A DNA stretch of 62,960 nucleotides, counting the filler. It is 12 parts of 12 records of this genome, joined end to end, with 100 filler letters (N's around TTAATTAATTAA, not from the genome) between each part and the next. Parts side by side here need not be neighbours in the genome. Positions count along the whole stretch, not along the records: positions 47,374 to 50,880 come from SRR7504441_7792; positions 50,981 to 55,275 come from SRR7504441_7793; positions 55,376 to 59,117 come from SRR7504441_7798; positions 59,218 to 62,960 come from SRR7504441_7806; 8 more parts are not named here. The stretch is one strand, 5' to 3'. Under the pieces are notes generated by a model. The model ran no database searches, was not told where the DNA came from, and saw nothing but the letters and a program-made list of their open reading frames with translations. Position 1 is the stretch's first letter. Every line of letters begins with the position of its first letter. Shown one piece after another: positions 48,059-60,404 of this stretch. The position numbers and the translations under genes were made by a program.

Positions 48059-50612
48059 ATGAAGAGCTTCGCCCTGCCTCTCCTCCTGGTGTTCGGATCG
48101 ATCAATGCGGCGCCGGTGGCCAAATCCGGAAACATGAACGGTGACCCCCTCCCTCCTGCGTCTCCCGGCGTCCCGCCCTGGTGTCAAGCTGTTTCCTAGA
48201 GACGGGATGTAGTGCTCACGATCGTCCGCAGGCAAGTACGCGGTGACCTCCGTCGGGGACGTTGGCACGGGGTTCAACGACGACTACGCCTCCAAGGGCT
48301 ACGAGTACTTTGACGTGTGGGCCCCCGAGATTGCTACCCACTACGGCGAGGTGTTTTGGACGGACCAGGGCTCCAACCCGCTCCCCAAGGAGATCGTGGA
48401 GCGGTTCGACGGGAAAGTGATCGCGATCATGGGCTACGAGCAGGACCAAGTGATGGTCCAGCCGGCGGGCCAGCCCGGAGCCAACCCGGCGCAAGACGTC
48501 TCGGTCCCGATAAACTGGGCGTACAACCACCACTACTGCGGCTGGATGACCAGTAAGCACGCTGAGATGCAGGAGATGCCCACCCCGCCCGACGCGTACG
48601 CCAGCGGGGCGCATGGCAGAGAGCGGATGATGGTGGCCGTTGACAAGCTGGACCAATCGGGTAGGAAGTTCGCGGATGTTGCGCAGACAAGCTGGTTCAT
48701 CTCGGAGGGCAACGGCGGCGAGAGCCGGAAGTCTTACCACGGCTACCCGCGCGGATATGCCCAGCTGATCGAGTCGCCTCAGGCCTGGCATCTCACGCCG
48801 ATGCAGATCGACACCCGTAACCGGGAGCACGGAGTCGGGCCTGAGTCTGTTACCAACTGCACCAATATGACTGAGTGCGCCGGGTATGAGCCGCGCCAGG
48901 CCCGGTACGGCCGCGGCTGGGGCGGTGTCTCTGGCCAAAACAAGAACGTGAATGGCTACTCCGGAATCCTGGAGTGCCCCTGCAACGGCCGGCATGGAGG
49001 TGACCCTGAGTTCTACCCGGACTCCAAGACCAAGATCGTGACCCAGTCTTATGCCGCTATTGCAAACGGTTCGTGCCCAGTCAACATCCACGGGGCGCAG
49101 GGATGCTTTGATGCAGTGGCCTCGCTCAGATTCAACGCTTCCAGCATCGCCAACAAATCCACCAGCCAAGCCAACTTGCCCTCCGGCTGCCTCTTTGTCA
49201 AGAATCAGGACGGCTCGGCCGTGGCAGCTTTCAACACCGCCGGGCAGGCCTCAGGCTGCCCTGTCGTTGGCCTGAAGCAGGCTGCCTCTACATCCGATGT
49301 CACGGGAGTTCGGGTCGGCTTCTCTCTGGAAGCGTCCTCCAGCCTGGCCACAATCACGTTGTCAGGACCTCAAGACCGCTGGTTTGCAGTCGGGCTCAAC
49401 GCTGGACTAATGTCCGACCAGCCTTACACTCTGGTGGTCAACTCGTCGGGCGTCACCGAGCGCAAGCTGGGCACGTGCGGAACGGAGGCCGATCACTGTC
49501 CAGGCACTGTGCTGGCCAGCTCCGTGAAGACGCTCTCCAATACCGTCACCGCCGGCACCCGGACACTGGTGCTCACTCGGCCGTTTGCTGGGGCCAGCAA
49601 GGACCACTACTCATTCGAGCCTGCCTCAGTCGGCACTCTCAAGTTCATCACGGCGGTGGGCTCTTCCGAGACGTTCGGATACCACTCAAAGCACGACGCA
49701 CAGCAGCTCTCGTTCAGCGCCCCGACTGGCCCCACCTGCGTCTGCGACTTGGGCAGCAGCGGCACTCTGTGCGATGCCAACGGAACTGCCTGCAGCAGCT
49801 TCACCAAGAACTGTGTGGCGCACTCGCCCACTCTCGGCGCCAAAGGCGAGGACTCTGGCGATCTGCTGTCCACACGCAACCCGACCTGCAACTCTGGCCA
49901 GTACGCTGGCGGCCTCACGTGCTGCAAGCATGGCCGTACAATGCTCGATGCTGACCAGACGCGGTTTGACAACGGCCCGTTGCTCCGTTACCACATGAAG
50001 TTCCGTTTCTGGTTCCAAGAGTATGTGCCCGCGGTCCAAAGCAAGAGCAACGCGTCGCACATTGACCTGCCCCGCATCTACTGGCAGACCGAGGGCAACG
50101 CCGGCGAGTACGACATCCCTCCGGCATTCTACGTGGAGGGCCAGCCAAAGATTGTCGGATACCCTCAGCTGGGGCCGTACCCCGAGCTCACTCCAGGCAG
50201 CTCTTGCACTGGCAACTGCCCGCACGCGGACGACTGCGAGTGCGAGCACACAATCACGTTCAACCACACCGTCTCCAACATGCGGCTGATCTACGCCGGT
50301 GGGCACTGCCACGCGCCCGCCTGCCTCGGGATGTGGCTCTACCGGAACGACCCGGGGCACGAGATGGAGCTGCTCTGCCATATGCAGCCTTACTATGGCA
50401 ACGGCACCGGCGCCAACTCCGAGTCGGGGATTTACGATGAGGCCGGCTACCTTGCGCTCCCGCCATGCCTGTGGGGCGACGAGCCTGGATTGCACCCATC
50501 GGTCTTGCTGCCTGCAAACACCGAGCTGGTGTCGATCAAGAAGAACCGCAACACCTGGGTCGGCCATTTCGGTGAGATGGCCTCCTGGCAGATGCGCGGC
50601 GTCAGTTTCTAG
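48059..50612 (+). CDS. Secreted SURNod19-like / copper-monooxygenase-like protein with inserted DOMON-like domain
   Basis: Signal peptide; WAYNHHY, GNGGESRKS, PMQIDTRNR, LECPC; ITLSGP..WFAVG..RTLVLTRPF..H (DOMON-like); YAGGHCHAP, P.YG.G..DEAGY, HFGEMASWQM. Confidence 0.7.
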
Positions 50613-50980
50613 ACCTCAAGGACAACGCTTACTGTACCATACGAGTATGCACACTCTACCAGTACATCCTTCTGCAAGAATTAGTTCACCTCTTGAATAC
50701 TATTCAGTGCAAGTTTACATGTACGAGTACTTACTAATAAGGCTTGCACGCACTTATTGTACAACCACGAGTACAGGACTACAGGTAGACGGTTGAATAA
50801 CTTGAATTGTATAAATATGAAATATTGAATAATGAATGATTGAGAATACGAGTATATAATTATTGGTCGGCGCTATCTCTNNNNNNNNNNNNNNNNNNNN
50901 NNNNNNNNNNNNNNNNNNNNNNNNTTAATTAATTAANNNNNNNNNNNNNNNNNNNNNNNNNNNNNNNNNNNNNNNNNNNN

Positions 50981-53900
50981 AGGCGATGCCTGGACCAGGC
51001 AACCCTGAACGAAGCCGATACTCTCAAAAATGGTCTCGAGCTCGCTCGGCCGGACCAGGACCCCAGTGCTGGTCGAGCATGTCGCTGATACCTGGCTCTC
51101 ACCAGTCAGGGACTAGAGGCATCTGCGTTACCCGGTCAATCAGCGTGAGGAAGCGTGTGTTGTCAACCATCCCAAGGTCTCCAGTGAGGTACCATCGCCC
51201 AACAGGCAGTGGCGGAGTTATTCCCACAGGGCACGGCTGGTCATCAGTAACTGTGATAAACGCGGCAGCTTCCTTCTCTGGATCGCCAAAATACCCGAGG
51301 CACAGGCTTGGGCTTTTCACCGCTACCTGGAAGGCAGCACAACAATGAGTTTCCAGGGCTAGGCAAACTGTTTGGCGACACCTCTCCTCGAGGGAATGGC
51401 TTGTCGGCAGTGGTGAAGCCAAGCTCCGAGTGATCTACAAGTCGCATCTCGATCTCGTCGAACTTGTTGCCCATTTGTCTTCCGTCGGATGTGATCGCCC
51501 CAGCCTCAGTCGCACCTGGCCCTCACTAAGCCAGATTCCAGACAAAACAACGTACCATATGAATTCACAATCGAGCACTGCGCATCATAGCAAACGTCTT
51601 TTGCAAAGTCCATGTGCAACTTTGGAGTCGGGGCGCCGCCCGTGGCCACTGCTGTGATCCTTCCACCAAACATATCTATGATTCGCTGGCGGGCAGCTGC
51701 TCTTGCGTCGGTGTCCGACAATCCAGCTTTGGACAGCTCCTCCCAGCGCTCCACGTACTTATCGTAAAGGCCGGCCCAGATGTTTGGCGGACATGAGATC
51801 GACGTGGGCCTGACTGACTTGATCTGGTGGAAAAGGCAGTCGATCGGAGAACTATACTGGATCATAGCACCTGCCAGGCCACCCACTCACTCGTTTCAGA
51901 TGTCGTGCTAGACCTTTCTTGTCTTTCTCATGTGCTTCCCAGTGATGAGCCGAGAAGAAGCAAAACACCACTCGCCCACCCCACACAACATGCTCCCAGA
52001 CTTTGTACCTGCCACCAAATTGGCTAATCACCCTCAGGATGCTTAACCTGTCAGACGAGTGCGAGAGAGGAATATAGGAGACGGTCAACGATTTGAACAC
52101 AGCGCCACCAGAGGACTGCATAACATGGAGTGAGATGCTTCGACGATTTAAAAAGAGGATGGACCTTGTCGCCTGAAATGTCGTGCACAAAGGCGTCCAC
52201 ACCCACGGCAACTGCCTTCGGGCTCCCTGAACTGCCGCTCGTGAACAGCAATGTGGTCATATCCTCTTCAGTGCCATCGAGCATCCTGTACTTGGCTCCT
52301 CGAGCCTCAAATGGATCCGGCAACAATCCACCTTGATAGCTACTTAATGAGACCCAATCAAGGAACGACGCTGCATCATGGGCCGGCTCCCAGCCTTGCT
52401 CGCGAATCGCCTCCAGAGTGCCATCCATCAAAACTACTGCACGGAGCGACGGGCACTCCAATCTAGCCACGCACCATTGCTCTTCAGAATCGTGCGGGTT
52501 CACCCCTCGAAGTACAAGATTTTGCATAGTCAGCAATGCGACGCAGTTGGCTTTGTTGATTACGCTAGAAGCGTCGATCTGGGAATAAGTAGTGTGAATG
52601 CCGACTGAAACAAGACCAGCCCTGGCGATCGCAAAGTCGGCAACCATCCATTCAATATCATTGTAGCCCGAGATTGCGACTACCTCGCCATTTTTGAGAC
52701 CCAGCTGGATCAATCCCATTGCCACCCTGTGGACCAACTCCCCCAAGTCTGCATAAGAAAGCCAACCAAAGCCATCCCGCTGCCAAAGTGACATGCCGGC
52801 TGCATCAACGAGCGAACTTCTAGGCGATGACCGAGGGAGCATCCAGTCAGGTACCATCGCATCCATTGCAATCCCAAAGACTGGCCGGTTCGCATATGCG
52901 TCGCATGCCCTTACAACCATGGAGGCTGGAGTATCCCGCTTTTGAACCTCGACACCGTACTTGACCCAACGCTGGAGCCAATACCTGCCCGACCTTGGCT
53001 TAGAACTCAGTTTGACCGTCCATAGTTACCGGTTCTGTTTATCCTGCGACCACATATCATCCTTGTAGCTATCAAAGCTGGCCATGATTTCGGCCGCCTC
53101 CTTTGCACCTGGGACTGAGCGCTTGAGGGCCGTGGTCACCGAATGGTGCAAAAACTGTAGCAGCTGATGGTACTGAGGCAACCGATCGATGCCAGAATCG
53201 ATCGAGTGATACCTCGCACCCTGACGGTATGGCAGCGGATCGCCTTCAGCGTCAGGAAATAAATATGTATCCTCTTGATCAATACAGATGCCGCACACAT
53301 CACAGATGGCAGCCTGTTGACACCGATTATATGCGTCAATGGCGGCTATCAGGCACCTGTGAGCCACCCATTGCAGTTCCAGCCCCTTTCTCCTCTTCAA
53401 AGTCGTCAGGCACGATACCAATCACAGAATCGCAAGGGCTCCCGTCGAAATTGTGGCAATGTGCAGTAAGCTCATCCTGTGCGCACACTTACTCAGTGCT
53501 CGCGGGTGAAGGTGCCTGAAAAACGCGCCGTCCACACACAAAACAGTCCATTGTTTTACGAACAGTCGGCGGCACACACCAGTCAAGATCTAGTGTCCAG
53601 GTGATCGGCAGCATGTGGACATCCACGTCAGTGAGGTCTCCAGCATTCAGCAGTCCCTGAATCGCACCGGACAAGGCTCTGTACGCCCGGTCCTCGTCAG
53701 GCTCTCGACCCACTGAGGCGACGCCTTGATGCAGATGAAGCACCTCCAGATGGCCTCTGGTGATGGCAGACAATAGCGCCAGTAGCCCTGTCACAAGCGG
53801 TGCCCGTTTTGGTTGGCCCTTCTGGATATTCTCGAGGAAGACGCACGCGGTCGAGCTCCTCTTGAGCTGCCCTTCGTCCCCTGCGACACTGTCATCCGAA

Positions 53901-55275
53901 AACAGTAGCGAGGCCATCTCGGGCGTGGCTGCAGCCATCTCGCGGCCCCAGATACTGGCGTACGATCGTGCCAGAACTCCGGATTCCATCTCAAGCGCCG
54001 CGAGAGCTGCCTTCAGCCTGGCTTCTGCAGTCTCAAGCTTTTGCTTGCGCATTCTAGACCATTCGGGTTGCTGTGTCCGGATGTCGAGCCCAACCTTCTT
54101 GATGTTGTCCAATGCGCTGTTCAGAATCATGCTGTGCTCTTCGCTCAGAGGCTGGAACGCGTCCTCAGCAGTGCAAGTCTTCATCACAACCACGATCGCC
54201 GATCCTTGACAGATTCCAAGTGCCGCGAGGACCTGACTGGTGTCCTGCAGCATCTGTCCCTGCCAGATCAGCTGGAGCTGGAGCAGCGGCACATTCAGCT
54301 TTGCCGAAACTCTGTCTTTCAATCGCTTCACAGAATCTCTTGAGTGGACAGCGAGTTCAGGCTCTAATTCGTTCCCACCAAGACCCTTCAGAGTTACACT
54401 GATGTCACTTTTCCATGATGGAGGGACCGAAGCGACATAGTCCGTATCTACCATGTTTCCTTCAGCGTCAACCAGTTGCACGTTGCCAAAGCCAAATGCA
54501 GTTTCTCCAGCAAGCCAATCACGCCCCCGCGAGTTGACTGTGCTCTTTTCATTGCCGTCTGCGTCCACAAATCTGACGTCTGGAACGCGCGAGCCTTTAT
54601 GATGCGCCGCAGCTTCTTGTGACTCCGAGTCGTCCCGCTTGAAATAGCTTACCTGCTGTCTATTAAAGACTGTGTCGGCTGCCTCAGTCTTAAGGTCACA
54701 CAAAAGGCGCTGGCCAATCGCAAGAACTTCGCTTGAGCTAGTGGACTGGGCAACCGTCGACTGTGAGGCTGGTGACTGCGCGGGAGCCCCAGGCTGTCGC
54801 CGGGTCAGCTCCCAGAGGCCATACAGGTGATATGCTGCATCGCGGTATGTGGCCTTGATCTGGCCTCGTTTTACCTTGCCTGTGAGAGTCAATAGCCCTT
54901 CGTGCCCATCAGACCCGACTTCAGTCCACTGGCGCCACTCTAGCACCACTGCTACTGGTATCTCATATGGCCGCAGCCCAGCCTCCCTTCCAGCAGCCTG
55001 CCTCGACCTCAAGCTGGCGAAGCAGGCGGTGGCACCTGGAGCTGTGCAAGCACCGAGCTAGACAACGCCTCTGGAATATGCGCTAATGCTTCAATCGATC
55101 CGATCTTCGCGTTCGCGCTGCTATTCAAGCCCCATCGTTGGCACACAGACTGTGAAAGGGCCACAATCGCCACGATGCCATCCCGGTTCCTGTCTGGAGC
55201 CGTGATAACACAGTGATCGACCTGATCGAGCGCGCCGTACACATTTGCCTCGAGCTTGGTGGCTTGAAGCCAGTA
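50981..55275 (-). CDS. Multidomain ANL (long-chain acyl-CoA synthetase/CAR-like adenylation) protein: end of one A domain, ubiquitin-like domain, Cys clusters, second A domain (partial at both ends)
   Basis: AGLRPYEIP..GLLTLTGKVKRGQIKATY (A10); SVKRLKDRVSAKLNVP..QLQLIWQGQMLQD (Ubl); CFVC, CDVC; YANRPVFG, WLSYADL, LFTSGSSGSPKAV, YIPLSHS, TGGAP, DKPFPRGE, WYLTGDLG, LIDR. Confidence 0.85.
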
Positions 55276-55495
55276 NNNNNNNNNNNNNNNNNNNNNNNNN
55301 NNNNNNNNNNNNNNNNNNNTTAATTAATTAANNNNNNNNNNNNNNNNNNNNNNNNNNNNNNNNNNNNNNNNNNNNGACCTACTTAGGTTTCTGATATATC
55401 CGAAAGGTTCCCTGGCTCTAAGGGATACGGTACATGTACGAGTAGATCTATAGCGTACTCCGGTACTTGTAGTGGCAACGGCATCGACCAAGGCG

Positions 55496-58400
55496 ATGAG
55501 GCGGAGCTTCGGCGGGGGTTCCTCCCCGACGGGCTCGACCCCGCGCACCCCCGGGATGATGAGCAGCAGCATGAGTCCCACCACGCCGAGCATCGGCGGC
55601 TTCGGCTCGGCGGCCCGAGGTGACCGATGGCGGCGTGATAGATGGCTGGCTCATAGATAGCTCGCTGGCGAAACGCGGGGGCGAGCCGGGCCGGGCAGAG
55701 CGGGTCAAGGTGCACGTGCGTCTCCGCCCGCTTAACCACAACGACGAGCGACGCGGCGAGAGCGGGAGCGGCGAGGGGATCAACGTGGGCCTTTTGGGAG
55801 AGCCGGGGGTGGAGCCGGGGCAGGTGGCGCCCGATGGGGAGATCAGCATCAGCCGGGGAATCGGGGACGTGAAGAAGTTCCGGTTCGACTCGTTCTTGGG
55901 ACCGACCGCCTCGCAGGCTGATGTGTTTGACGCGGCGGCCTCGAGCATCGTGGAAGACGTGATCAACGGATACAACGGCTGCATCATGTGCTACGGCCAG
56001 ACGGGGACTGGCAAGACCTACACGCTAGGGAACGACGTGACCGAGGGGATGGTGATAAGTGAGCAGACCATGGGGATCATCGGTCGGGGTCTGCGCAACA
56101 TCTTCAGGACCGTGCGCGAGGACAGCTCGTGCGACTACCAGGTGTCTCTCTCTTACGTGCAGATCTACATGGAAATGATCCAAGACTTGCTCGAGGCCAA
56201 GAACGACCAGGTCCGGTCCCAAGCCCGCCCCCGACCGACCCGGCCCGCCCAGGTCCAAGTGCGTGAAGATCCGGAAAAGGGAGTGTTCCTGCAGGGCGCA
56301 GCAGTGTACCGGGCAGACAGCGAAGCCCAGTGCCGCGAAATCATTGAACACGGCAACCGGAACCGAGCTACTGCCTTCACTGAGATGAACGCAAGCTCGT
56401 CCCGCTCGCACGCAGTGCTCTGTGTGATGGTGAGCACTGGGCGGGCGGTGCTGGTCGAGCGGTCGGAACAGGTCCAGAGGAGGACTGTGCCTAAAATGAG
56501 GGAAACAGAGCTCAGGGAAGGGGTCACCTCCACGGAGCAGGTATCTGGCGCATTCTCAGTTGGACGCAACCGCCTGCTTGATGCTGGTTGTGCAGGACAC
56601 AGTCGCAACCAAAGCGACTGCTGGCAAGTTGTTCTGTGTGGACCTGGCCGGGTCCGAGCGGGCCAAGAAGAGCGGGGCCAAGGGTGCGCCGGCGCGGTCT
56701 CGGCTCGTAAGTTGGCGCGCAGGCACCCGGATGGAGGAGCTAAAATCAATCAACATGTCACTCTCAGCTCTCGGCAACTGTATCTCTGCATTGGCAGATG
56801 CATCTGCGGGCAAAGCTGCGCATATTCCGTTCCGGGACTCTAGGTTGACTCGTCTGCTGCAAGATTCACTAGGCGGCAATGCCAAAACCAGCCTGGTTGT
56901 CACAATCGGTGTGCATCTGTCCTGTGGACCGGGCTCATGAGATGGTGCAGGCCCGTCAGTGGAGCATTTAGCAGAGACTGTGAACTCGCTCATGTTTGGG
57001 CAGCGCGCTATGCGTGTTGTGATGCACGCCAAGGTGGGCAGCAGCTGTGTGGACTGGGCTGGCAGCTGATTTTGTCTCTGTCAGGTCAACCAAGAAGTTG
57101 ACTACAAGACGCTCTGCATCCAGTTGCAGGCTGAGCTTGACACCAAAGACGACATTATCCATCACCTCGAGAACCGGTTGAAACTGGCAGAAGAAAGAGT
57201 ACGTGCTAGCTTATCTAGACATGAGAGTGTACCTGAGAATGATTTGGAATCTTTGTTGCAGGCCAAAGATAGGCCGCAGTTTGAGGATGTGTCAGCGCAG
57301 CCGGGAGCAGTTCCCTCAAGGGGCGGACCCGCTCGTGCCATCGGGGGGCACGCTGACCTGGAAAGGGAAAGACAGCACATTCAAGAATCAGCCAATGCTG
57401 ATGTGAGAGCTGCTGAAAAAGCTCTAGAAGATGAAGTTGAGCGTGTTATTGCACTCTGGAAAGGCAAATTAGCAACCTCCCAAATGCAATGCGATGTGCG
57501 CTACTCTCAGATGGAAACCATGCTAACAAAAGAAGTCGAATCATTGAGGGAAGAGCTAGCCAAAGCAGGTTCTCGTGTTGCAAGCTCTAAGACAGTAATG
57601 GACCGGCAGCGCAAGGAGATGGAGAACGCACAGGAAGAGCTCAACAAGCTTGAGAAGGAGCATTTCTCCAGGTTGCGTGATTTGCTAGAGAAGCAAGAGG
57701 ATCTTAAAGCTCAGCTCAAGGAAAAGTCGCAAAAAGTGACCAGCCTGGAGAACTGTTTAGAGAATTCGAGCAGTTCGCAGCAGGCAGACCTTCAAAAAGC
57801 TACAGCCAGTGCAACACTGCATGCTGAAACTAACAATCGCTTGGAGGAGCAGATCAGAACTTCACAGGAGACCATACTTGTGCTCCAGAAGAAGATTTCT
57901 GGAGCTGATTCACAAGCCCAGGAGGACAGTCGCACAATCAGCTCTCTCAGAGATGAGGTGGCAAAGTTGAATAAACAGATCGATCGTGAATTGACCGAAA
58001 GAGCATCTGCCAATTCAAAGGCAGAACAACTTGTGAAGGAGAAAGAGAAGGCAAAGGATTCGGCTCATCAACAGATCAAGGATGTGCAAACACAGGCAAT
58101 GGCAGCAGAGAGGCAAGTAGCAGATTTGAAGTTGCAGCTGCAGCATAAGGAATCAGAAGCTGCACGAGCTGAAAAGACAAAAGGCAAAGCAGAGGCCCTT
58201 GCAGAGGATCTTACTCAGCAGCTTGCAGCGGCCAAGACATTGACAAATGAGTCTCAACAAGTTGCTAAGACCCGTGCCACTGAAATCAGCAAGCTTGACG
58301 CCTCTGTCAAGGAGCTTAAGCAGAAGCTGGACAGGCAGCTAGATGAGACAAATACACTCCAGGACAAGCTGAAAAAGGAGACCCTTCGGAATGCTGATCT

Positions 58401-59117
58401 CATTAAAACCAAGAATGTGGAGAGCGATGCAATTGCACAAGAAATCGACAAGCTTCAGGCAGATTTTCTCGCAGCACACACACAGGTGAACAGCTAAAGC
58501 CTACTTGATTTCGAGCCAGATGAGCCTTTGCTGTGGTTGTCAGGCAGAGGAATCGACATCTAAATTGGAGAAAATGTCGGCCGAGAAAAAGCAACAAGCG
58601 CTTGAAACTCTATCATTAAAAGAAGATCTGAGCAAGACATGTGCCTCACTCGAGCAGAAGAGCACGGAGGTTTCTCAGCTTAAGCAAAGGTATCCAAGTT
58701 GTACTAGCATATCAATGATATATTACTGTAATCCTATCCCCTCCTGTCACTCTCATCTGAAACACTGTGTCGGATCTCTGACCTCAATCCTGAATCATCA
58801 GCTATGTATTTGCTAAACATGGATGGGACAAGCATGCTTCTCTTATGATGTTTTCTCCCTTTGGCAGAATTGCACAGGTGGAAGCCTCCAATGAAAAGTC
58901 TGTTGGTCATCTGGATGCTCGATCCAATGAACTAAGAATTAAAGAGGAAGAACTCGAGCAGGTCCATGAAGATTGCGCAGCTGCCAAGGTGGAGGTTCTT
59001 TCTCTGAAGCAAAAAGCATCAGACCTGAGGCAGAGTCTTGATACTCAATCTAGTGAATTACGAGCTACAGAGCAAGAGCTGGTGCAAAAGTCGGAGGACC
59101 TAGCACGTCTCGAGAAG
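55496..59117 (+). CDS. N-terminal-motor kinesin with long coiled coil (3' partial)
   Basis: [81 protein letters not shown]. Confidence 0.95.
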
Positions 59118-59378
59118 NNNNNNNNNNNNNNNNNNNNNNNNNNNNNNNNNNNNNNNNNNNNTTAATTAATTAANNNNNNNNNNNNNNNNNNNNNNNNNNN
59201 NNNNNNNNNNNNNNNNNTTAGAGTTAATAAAGACTAGCTCGTTCGTGATCTCATGGTGTATCGCCCAATTAGGTATACCGGTAGCTAACCGGTGGCGAAT
59301 AAGTTACGAGTACGGTCTCGACCGAAACTCGTATTGTAGGGTTCCGCGTGGGTTTCATTTAACAATTTCCTCGGCTAT

Positions 59379-60273
59379 TTAAGACAATGGTAACCGTGTA
59401 GAGCAGGCCGAGATTCCTAGCCCGTCGCCGACCGCCTCGGTCAGGTAATAAGTCAGCTTGCCTGAGCTTCGGTGCAGGTAGCAACTCTTGCCCTCGGCAT
59501 CGACCAGCTGCACCCAGCCCGAGGCCTCCAGCCCCCGGCCCGTCGAGCTCCGGATGTCGCCCACCTCGAGTGAGCCATCTGCACCCCGTCGGCCGAGCCC
59601 GGGCCGGCCATCCACCTATGTTCCGCCAGATCTTGTGCGAGTTCACATCCTCGTCGGCTCGCTCCGTGGCCACAGCCGGCTGACTGCACGCCCTGGCAAC
59701 CATCGCTGCTGCCGCATCCCGCGGGGCCCGCTGCCGGCCGAGCGCCTCGATCTCAGCCGAGGCCGGGTACTGGTCGGCCCGCGGCCTGCCCGGGCTCGGG
59801 GCGTTCGACCGTTCTGGCTGGGCCGGCAGCCGGATTCCGCGGGCGCTGGGCGGCGGGTGGCGGACTTTCTCCTCCGGCCCGAGGTACGGCCGGTTCCTTC
59901 TCTTCTGGTGCTCCCAGACGGTGTACGGCTGGGCGCACAGCACCGGCGGGCTGCAGTAGGCGCTCTCCAGGTCCGAGTCCTGGCTCAGCTGCCGGTGCGG
60001 GCTCTGGCCCCCCGACCGCCGGGCCTGGTTGAATCGGCTGGGCCCGTCCGGGAGCGGCGAGGCGGCCGGGGAGGCGGCCGGGAAGGCGAAGTGCACTGGG
60101 CCGCTGGGGGGCTCAGGGCGGGGTTCGCCAAGCGCGTGAGCCCTGCGGAGCTGGTCGCCGCACCACTCGATCGGGACCGCGAAGTGGCCCGGCGGGATCT
60201 GCAGCCCGACAGGCTGCCGATCCCGGTGGGGAATCACCCCCCGGGCGTGGCATGGGTCCACGAACTGCGGCAT
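59379..60273 (-). CDS. Hypothetical protein with C-terminal WW-like domain
   Basis: Last exon LEASGWVQLVDAEGKSCYLHRSSGKLTYY resembles a WW domain; upstream low-complexity exons. Confidence 0.5.
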
Positions 60274-60404
60274 CAGCACAGCCAAGGGGTGCAGTGGCCT
60301 GGCACCCAAAACGGCCGCAAGGGCTGCAGCTGCAGCAGGCCGCGGTGAGGCGGTCCGGCCTGCAGCATGATGAATGCTGGCGGCTGCGGCAAAGCGGCGG
60401 ACTG

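Noticed and set aside
50981-55275. ANL C-terminal part lying upstream of an N-terminal part, possible second scrambled or permuted gene
   Set aside because: Both contig ends encode the same post-A8 region with different sequences, so two tandem A domains explain it.
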